A DNA stretch of 62,544 nt, the filler included, from Collodictyon triciliatum (taxonomy: Eukaryota), in the NCBI GenBank assembly GCA_043381765.1. It is 9 parts of 9 records of this genome, joined end to end, with 100 filler letters (N's around TTAATTAATTAA, not from the genome) between each part and the next. Parts side by side here need not be neighbours in the genome. Positions count along the whole stretch, not along the records: positions 53,509 to 61,070 come from JBHJMP010003849.1; positions 61,171 to 62,544 come from JBHJMP010004000.1; 7 more parts are not named here. The stretch is one strand, 5' to 3'. Shown piece after piece: positions 53,509 to 62,544 of this stretch. The notes beneath the pieces were generated by a model. It saw only the letters and a program-made list of their open reading frames with translations, did not search any database and was not told the origin of the DNA. The stretch's first letter is position 1. Every line of letters starts with the position of its first letter. The position numbers and the translations under genes are program-made.

Positions 53509-56500
53509 CACGCTAAGCTCGATAATCCTTGTGGCAGTGACATCAGCTGATTTTGAGAGACATCGAAGCGAATAAGACCATTCAAGCATGATATTTCTGA
53601 AGGTAGTGATGACAGCTGATTTTGAGAGACATCGAGGCGAGTAAGACCATTCAAGCATGATATTTCTGAAGGTAGTGATGACAGCCGATTTTGAAAGACA
53701 TCAAGGCGAATGAGACCATTCAGGTGTGATATTTCTGAAGGTAGTGATGACAACTGATTTTGAGAGACATCAAGGCGAGTTAAAACCGTCAGGTGTGATA
53801 TTTGAGCTGGTACTGATGATATCTGTAAATCATAGTAAATGAGCAGAATGGAGGTATGAATGAGGTTGATTCAAATGCAAGTATGAAATTAGTAAATGAA
53901 AGAAAAAAAAACACAAGCGGAACACCTTATTTTTTGATAAGTCCAGATATAATAGGCTTGTAAGAGTGAAACATGGCTCCGGGAAAGATGCAAGCTGTAA
54001 AAAGGAGGTAAGTTTCAGTTCAAATAAATATTAAATGAAAATAATGGTTCACTTAGATGTTGTGAAATATTACTTTGTTTGAATGGACGTAGAGTTTCTT
54101 TAGCCCAACTAAATGCTTAAGCCAATTAGGAATTTGAGAGAGCTTCATATCACCCATCCACAGCGAAGTTGCGTGTTGGATTCCATGATTGTAAGGGGTG
54201 TACTGCACATTCATATATTGAATTTCTTCCAATTCTTGAAGGGTACTGGAGCTTAATGGATGTTTAGGGGACTCAGTCTCATTTGGATGTAGGTGGTCGT
54301 TTATGAATTGGGATACAAACGAGAGTTCTTGCTCAGAAAGCGAATGGGTCGTATGGACATCGGGCTGGTCAAGCTTGGATATTGTGCTTCCATCAAGCTT
54401 CAAGGCTTTCACTTTCCCAAGCAGTCTTTCCGACAATTCGTCTTTCTTTTTCTGCAGATGAGTCACCAATTGGGAATAAAATAATTCCTTAACTTTCTTT
54501 AGAGATTTTGAGCTGCCACCTCCAACACTTTGATTTGAAAATTCTACAAATGCACAAATGTCATCTGACGATATGTGATACATATCAACCATCGTGCTTT
54601 CATCTAGTTTGTCTTGAATTTCTTGGAATCTTCCCCAGCTTTGATTTGAAATTGTATCGCTTAGTTTTAAAAAGCCATGTTCTCGAAGCCACTCCACAAA
54701 TTCGCCCTGGTACATATCAGCCAAAATAGCATATTTAATTGGAAGCAGTTCGTTAATTATCTTTTGAGAAAGCTTCTGCTCATTTGATTTCAAGTTATCC
54801 AAGTATACACAAACTCGATTCAGAGAAGGTCGGAGCTTGTAGTTTTGCCTCCAGCACGCTCTGATAAGATGGTTGAGCTCACGAGCGGTTTCTTTCGGTA
54901 TTTCAAGCCGTAATCCCCTGATAATGAAGCTCTGTGGTCGTGCCTCGTTCTGGAAAGGCTCGACTCCAGAAAACATGTACCAAACGAGCATTCCCAAAGC
55001 ATACACATTACTTGATTCTCCTCGGTGGCCAATGTTTACTTCATCATCACCATACATTTCTGGGTTATCATTATAAAACGGTTCGCAGGAAACTTCATGG
55101 ATTTCCGGTGCTTGCCAATTAGCCGTTCCGCCTTGCTTGTTCTCACCAAATCTCGTCGGTAAGTTTGACCCAACTTTTTCAACTTCACGAAGGCTCACTA
55201 TCCCAAAATCCACAATTTTTACTGTTTCACCCACAATCATAACGTTATCGGCCTTCAAATCTTCGTGATACAGGTGTTTGGAATGCATGAAAATGAGACC
55301 CTTGCAAAGTTGCTTTGTGTAAGAAATTATTTGAGATAATGTTGGCTTAACCTTTTTCTTCTCCAACATCGCTTTCAACGAAATACCTGCATTCTCCATA
55401 ATCATGAAAAAGTCGTCATCTTTACGATACACACCAAATAATTTGACTATATTTTCACATTCTTTGCATTCATGCAGATACTTGCTTTCAGAAATGAGCG
55501 ATTGAATCACCTGGCTGAGGGTCTGCTCCTTGCTCTTCTGGATGGTTTGGATTTTCACCACAGCACTTTTTCCTTCGAGCATTGTTGTATAAACTCGCCC
55601 ATACGCCCCCTTTGCGAGATAACCTGACAGTTCTATTTTTTCATGAATCCATTGGTCTATTAATTCTCGGTCGATTGAATCCAGCTCAAGAATTGCTTCA
55701 GCAGATTGAGGCGTCTTTTTCGTTTTTGCTCTCACCACAGAGGAGAATCTCTTTGAAATCCCTTTTTTAAAAAAAAAATATTTATAAGCTTTCGATAACA
55801 TATAATCAAATTATCATTAAGTTGAAAATTAACATTTTTTGAATATATTTATTATAATAAACCTTGTTCCAGATAGACACGCCCTTGCTTTACTGCACTC
55901 GCATCCAATTGATGGCTCTTAGTACACACCTCCAATTCTGATTCATCTATCTTTGCCGATGTTTGAATGTATCCGTCTAATCCATGACGTTGGCATTCAG
56001 GGCATTCAAACTGGTATGCTTCCACAAAATTTGGTCGAATTGATGATATTTGTTTGATGAAAGTTGAAAGAATGTCAAAAATCCTGACGAATCTATCACC
56101 TTCATGAACCTCATTTTCGTATTTTCTAATCTTGACTGAAATGCTCTTCTGGTGGATTTGATACAGAATAATCAAACCGTCTCCAGGAAGCAGTTGAATT
56201 TCATCTGTTCCTGTTTTGTAGGAAGCATTCAGATGTATGAACGCTACATCTCTGAAAAACTGGTCGTCATATTGAACTCCAGATTGTGCCTCTTTTGTCA
56301 AACGAAGCGCTTGCATGACGACGTTACTTTTGTCAGAGAGCTGTACCTCACCATTGGTTATTATTTTTACAGAGGTTTCAACGATGCAGTTTGACTCTGC
56401 TTTTTCATTCCATAATGCTTTGAGATTTAGGCAATCTTCCATCAATGAGGGAAAGGCGATGCATTCTCTGTTGAATTGAATCCCAAGGCCGAAATGGTCA

Positions 56501-59500
56501 AAGATTCGAAGAATTGTATTGAACACATGTTCGTCTAGTTCCGCATTCAGTTCGTGTTTTATTTGGTCTTTTAGCTTGCCCAACAAAATGATGCCACTTG
56601 TGTCCTTCCCGATGCCTTTGAAGCTAAAGACACAGCGGAATATGTTGATGAGAAATAGAGGGTCTAAAAATATAATGTCTTTGATATATTCAAGTGATGA
56701 ATACCAAACGACCGAGCCAAGGTCGTGGAGGAATTTGAGAGCACTTTCGCATCCATTTCTGTCCATACCCAGCTGCTTCTCAGCAAAATCGTAAGTATCT
56801 TGAATTCGTTCGTACTTTGATATTTGGCCTTTTGAATCCAGATAATCTTTCAGCCCGATATATGTTTTTGGAACGTCCTTGTTCATGTTATCAAGCCTCA
56901 TCATTCCTTTGTATATCTCTCCCTTCAAATATGAGATTTTTTTCCCATTTTTACTGCTTACTCTTAACTCTGTATTGATGAAGATGTGGCGAGCCTTTTC
57001 ATCCAGTTTCTGCTCATTTACTTTTTTAATTCGTTCAATTTCTTCCATCATTTCTTGCTTACAGACCCGGATTTGACAATCTTTGCGAGTCCCGGCAATT
57101 ATGATTTTTGAGCCAGGTGCAAACTCATCAAGCATTTTGACCCAGCGGCTGAGATTGTTCTTCTCCTTGCCTTGGTCGAGTCTGTACAGGATTAAAACGA
57201 GGGCGCCTGATGACAAAAAGAATGGGTGTGTCACTTGGAACTCGTCTTGTCCTCCAAAGTCCCAGATTCGCATGGATATCTTTGTCTTGAATAATCCACC
57301 CATCATCGACTCATCGATATCAACGTGGGCAATACCATCAGTTGCAATCCTTGGCTGGTCTGTCATATTCTTAAAAAACATAGATTTTTGTGTGATTGAT
57401 TTGATAAGGGTTGTCTTCCCTGCCTCCCCCTCGCCCAATAGTAGGAGTCTTCCTTGGGTCCATTTTACAACACCATTCATGGAGTTTGCCAGGAAATCAA
57501 AGATAGCCTCAGACCCATTTCTGATGACGTTCTCTGGGATATTTTTGATATGATTTCCTTGGACATTCAGTCCACCTCGAAGGCCTTTAAGCTTGGCGAT
57601 GAATGGAGGTATAACTCCGATCTGTTTGTGTAATTAATGTTTTCTTTAATTTTTTTATTTTTGAGTAATTCGGCCATATAACTTAATTGAAAAATCCCAT
57701 GGAGGATTTAAATAGAAAAGTGGTTGACCTTGTTGTTGGATATGTCCAGTTTTTGAAGATTTGCAAGGTTTGCTATGTCTTCTGGGATGTGTGAAATCTG
57801 GATTTGTACGATAGGTGAGGTTTAAATGGCTATTTGATTACTATAGTTTGCACTATTGTTCATTCTTTAGTTGTTTTTTTTTTACATGTCTGTTGTGTAG
57901 CTTTATAACCTGATTTCCAGAAATATTGAGGGCCATGATAAGTGTTATTGTACAGATGACTGTGGGGAATGCGTCGAACTGAAATCCCCACATATTTTTC
58001 ATTTAATTAAGTAGAATGTATGCTAGGCTGTTTTAATTGTGTTTTTTAAATATATTCAATATATATATGTATGTGTGTACTTTATTGTCGCAGATGCTTA
58101 GATTTGTGAGATTCGTCAAGTTTGACATGTTTGCTGGCAGTGTTGATATCTATTTATTTATTAATTAAATAATTAAAGAGGGTTTAATTTCAATCATGTT
58201 ACTAATAAAATGTATTAATGAAGTATAGGAATGTCTTTTAAAGAAAAAGAAACAGAAAAAGTTGCCTGGTTGGTAGATATGTCAAGTCCGTTGGGTTTGA
58301 TGGGCAGCATGAACAGCTCATTTGGTAAATCTATGATATTTCGTCCAGATAGACTTATTCCATCGCTATTTGCGAGATTGATTGAGTCTAAAATTTGTTG
58401 GATGTGCGATGGAAAAGCATTTTGCTTCGTGTCCAGCTTCTTGAGTTTTGTCAACGCTCGCAAATCAGGCAAAGTGGATATCTGTTAATTGAAGGGAGGG
58501 GGTTTCCCTTAATATCGACGGCTGGTGCATGAATCCACAAGCAAATCACAGGCATATCGTTTGGTGTATGATTCAATCTCTTAAATTATTCGGTTATAAT
58601 CGAGCTTAAAGTATTCGTACCTTGTTGTTGCTGATGCTGAGATTTGTGAGATTAGTCAAGTTCGACATGTTTGCTGGCAGGGTGGATATCTATTTATTTA
58701 TTGATTAATTAAAGAGGGTTTAATTGCAATCATGTTACTAATAAATTGTATTAATTAAGTATAGGAATGTCTCTTTAAAAAAGATTTAATCACCTGGTTG
58801 GTGGATATATCGAGTGATGCGACGAGCGTCAATGTGCGGATGGCTGCAGGCAATGCATCGAACTTTGGTGTGCATGTATTTGTCAAAACACTCTCATTTA
58901 TGATAGACTGGGATGTATGTTTATATATTCTTGTTAACTCAAGTATTCGTACCTTGCTGTTGCTGATGTTGAGATTTGTGAGATTCGTCAAGTTCGACAT
59001 GTTTGCAGGCAGGATGGAGAGACCCATTCCGTAAAAGTTAAGTGATTGGAAGCCGACTTGTCTCGCATTTGGAATCCAGCCTTCTATCATCATATCTTCC
59101 TCCTTTTTTTTTATTTCTCAGTTTCTTTAATTTGCGAACAGTCTCATTTTTATTGATGTATTTATGTTTTCTGATTAAAAAAAAAAGAAGGAAGGAAAAT
59201 ACTCACAGGGGTTTCATATAGCTGAAGTTTTTTGAGGGCATCTGCAACGCTCATCGTGCCTGATGAAGGTTTTTCCGTGTTTGTATAGCACGGAAGGATT
59301 GAAATGCCTCGTGGTGCATTTTTTGTGTTTGTCTGTCCCCTCCTCTCGATGATGAGCGTCTTTAGGTTTGTGAGTGCCGTGATTTGGGGCGGGAGCTCTT
59401 CAATCTGAGTATATTGCCATTAGATGTCAGTATTTTCTTAATTCAGAATGTATGCATTCTGGACAAACGTAGTGCTGTTTGCACGGTCATCTTCAACATT

Positions 59501-60764
59501 GTTGCACCGTGTTACTGTGATAATGTCGTCTTTTTTTTAAAAAAAAAAAAAAAGAATAATTGAGAATGAGTGAAAAATTTAAACCTAATCATTCGAAGCA
59601 TCGATTATCGCCACACGGCCGCCATGCAGAATGGTAATTAGTACCAAATCATGTGGACTTGTTGTTTATCAATCATTGGGATTTATGCTTATTACGGCTT
59701 TTGATTCACATACCTTGTTCTGGCTGATGTCGATGAAGCTCAGATTCACCAGGAAGGAGATGTTGGCAGGAAGCACAGAGATGTTTCTTCCCGTGAAATT
59801 CAGCGAGTGGAGCTGGATATATGCCTCGCTTGGTGTCCATCCCGGCTTTAGAATTTCGTCTTCCTGTTTTTGCTGTGTATTTTAGGATACTTTTCGTTAT
59901 TTTATTATTTGTCTATGTGCTTACGGGGTCGTAGAGCTGCAGCGCGCGGATGTGTTTGTTTTGTGAGTGCCCTGTGTTGTTCCACACTGGCAGGGCCGTG
60001 ATGCCACGCGGCGCTCTCTTTATGTAAATTCTTCCATAGCCTTTGATGTAGAGTTCCTTCAGATTTGTGAGCGCTGTGAATTGTGGTGGAAGCTCCTCCA
60101 TCTGCGTGTATGATTGTCAGCCACTTTATCTTTCAACATAAAGAAAAAAAGATATAATAAATGAATAAAAACATACAGGGTTGTCGCCAACATCAAGCTC
60201 AGTGAGACTAGTCAAACACGATATTTGTGGAGGCAACGATGACAACTGATTGTAACCAACACTATGCTCAATGAGACCAGTCAAACACGATATTTGTGCA
60301 GGCAACAATGACAGCTTATTGTCATTAACGCGAAGCTCCGTAAGACCAGTCAAACACGATATTTGTGGAGGAAGCGATGACAACTGATTCCCATAAAAAT
60401 TCAAGATTTTCAGACTAGTCAAACACGATATTTGTGCAGGCAACGATGACAGCTTATTGTTTCTAACATCAAGCCCAATAAGACCAGCCAAACACGATAT
60501 TTGTGCTGGAAGCGATGACAGCTTATTGTCACTAACATTAAGCCATGTAAGACCAATCAAACACGATATTTGTGGAGGAAGTGATGACAACTGATTGCTA
60601 TAAAGGTACAATCCTTTCAGACTAGTCAACAAAAAGACGCCATGAGGAACGGACGTCAGCTTCTTGGAACGGAGATCCAGATTCCCGGAGCTTTTTAAAG
60701 AGGCGATGTAGTCTTTCCCGGCGATTTTTCGGACCTCTTCTAAAAGCGCGGCCTCGTCGGCCAT
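53509..60764 (-). CDS. Roco protein: LRR-ROC-COR-protein kinase-SAM-like-LRR (3' partial)
   Basis: Start MADEAALLEEV; 23-aa LRRs; ROC GEGEAGKT, WDFGGQ, GTRKD, VSSK; COR LKFLHDLGSVVWY, IFLDP; kinase GAYGRVY, HEDLKADN, DFG, GTANWQAPE; further LRRs to the contig end. Confidence 0.92.
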
Positions 60765-61231
60765 GCCGGCAGAAGTGGGGCGGGGGTGGTTTGGACGGGT
60801 TCTGGGGGCTGTGTGGACGGGTGGCCTGGGTTGTGTTAGTGCACAGCGGTGTTTATTTGTTTTGCGACTGCACTTGACAAGCCACACAGACTGGCGTTGC
60901 TCGAGGGAGAACGGTGCGGTTGTGCACACAGAGAATAGAACACGCGTTGCCAATGAGTGATGTGATAAGGTGGCGAGAAAGAAAGAGCGCAGGGCAGCAG
61001 CGATTTCGACGGGACGAAGGTTAAATATCCCACAAAGGCCGGCGAATCTTCCTTACGAATGAAGATGTGGNNNNNNNNNNNNNNNNNNNNNNNNNNNNNN
61101 NNNNNNNNNNNNNNTTAATTAATTAANNNNNNNNNNNNNNNNNNNNNNNNNNNNNNNNNNNNNNNNNNNNTTTTTTTTTTTTTTTTTTTTCCTTTTTTTT
61201 CTTTTCTCTTTTTTTTTTTTTTTTTTTAAAG

Positions 61232-62380
61232 CACTCTGGTGATTTGGACAAAGCTCGTGAATGTGCAAACGAAGCTCGAGAACTTGACCTCGCTGACAGG
61301 AACTTGAATACAAAGTGTGTAAAATATACACTACGCAATGACCAGCCCGAGCTAGCTGAGTCTATTGCAGCTTTGTTCATTAAGGTATGTGCATACACTC
61401 ATATATATACAAAGATTATGGAAAAAAAAACCCATCAACCTATTTTCATTCGCATGCTTGTTGACCAAAGGCAATCCTATATGCAGGAGGGCGGAGCAAA
61501 AGACTATCTTGATGGGATACAGTGTATGTGGTACGAGACCGAGGGTGGCCGAAGCCATCTGCGTAAGAATAACCTTGGAAAGGCACTCAAGAATTTTACT
61601 GAAGTCAGGAAGGTTTGTCATTTTTTTTTGTTTTTCTCTTTCTCATTCTGATGAATGGATGTTATCATCACGGGCGTCTACTTAATACATGAACCCTTTT
61701 AGTACCGCCCGATTTCTCTCTATATCAGATAATGAAGCTTTTGATATAATTACATTTAACATCATGCATATTATTTTCAGCACGTGGACGAAATGATTAC
61801 AATCCAGTATGAGTTCCATGGATTTATTCCCCGAAAATTGACCCTAAGGTTTGCACTATCAATTTCTACGCGATAACAATTAAAAGTCAAACAAAGTATA
61901 TTATCGTCGAATATTGTAATTGCGAAGGGTTTTTTTTTTAAAAAAAAACTCGCATTTTTACTTGTAGGACCTACTTCGATCTTTTGCACTTTGCGGATAG
62001 AGTTTATTCTCACCCCTTCTATTTCAAGGGCGTCTCTGGGCTTATCCAGGCAACCAATCAAAATTAAAATCAAAATTAAAATCAAAATCAAAATTAAAAT
62101 TAAAATTAAAATTAAAATCAAAATTAAAATTAAAATTAAAATCAAAATCAAAATCAAAATCAAAATCAAAATCAAAATCAAAATCAAAATCAAAATCAAA
62201 ATCAAAATCAAAATCAAAATCAAAAGAATAATAAAATTTGATAATATCACTATAACTGGCGAATTTTCAAGAAACGGTTTGCCTCTGATGATTATTTTTG
62301 ATTATTCAACCAGTCATACATCGCCTTGCACGAAAGTCGACTCAATCCTCAAGTCGAAACAAGCGAGGAGGATGTCACCG
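61232..62380 (+). CDS. NAA15: NatA N-acetyltransferase auxiliary subunit, internal exons
   Basis: HSGDLDKA...ARELDLADRNLNTKCVKYTLR; QCMWYETE; GKALKNF; QYEFHGFIPRKLTLRTY; HPFYFKG...YIALHE. Confidence 0.92.
62057..62225. repeat. (AAAATC/AAAATT)n intronic microsatellite
   Basis: Seen directly. Confidence 0.95.
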
Positions 62381-62544
62381 GTAGAACAAATTTTCACCAA
62401 TAATATTGTATTTAACACTACAAAAAAAATACTTAAAAAGAATAGCCTTCTCCCCCCCCCCCCCCCCCCCCCCCCATTTTTTTTTTTTTTTTTTTCAAAC
62501 GCAATAAAACTCCTAACAAAAAAACAAAAAAAAAAAAAAAAAAT

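Noticed and set aside
44633-60764. WD40, Roco and NACHT-TPR genes as a physical immune cluster
   Set aside because: They are on separate contigs joined artificially; linkage cannot be inferred

Overview
This is eukaryotic DNA from an intron-rich, AT-rich, microsatellite-rich, probably flagellated protist using the standard genetic code; I cannot name the species. It is not one locus. Nine pieces (eight of about 7.5 kb plus a short last one) are joined by artificial 100-nt N44-TTAATTAATTAA-N44 linkers, so adjacency across linkers means nothing. Spliced genes reconstructed by hand: an orphan gene, a bZIP factor, a DUF4062-NACHT-TPR (NPHP3/TTC41-like) protein, a UBA/CUE low-complexity protein, Pho88/SND3, a beta-helix protein, outer-arm dynein LC4, PEN-2, a signal-peptide WD40 protein, XRCC2, a plant-type FAAH amidase, a Roco protein and NAA15, plus a tRNA-Gln(CTG). 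Most notable: (1) a Roco gene with LRR-ROC-COR-non-RD kinase-SAM-like-LRR architecture, 69-nt phase-0 LRR exons, a duplicated intron+exon module and surface-variable LRRs; (2) an apparently secreted WD40 propeller with near-identical repeats that vary at top-face positions; (3) three L1/Tx1-like non-LTR fragments, two of which sit at the same position upstream of two much more diverged copies of an unknown intron-containing pseudogene; (4) relaxed splice signals (GC donors, oligo-A acceptors). All homology calls come from motif recognition, not database searches.
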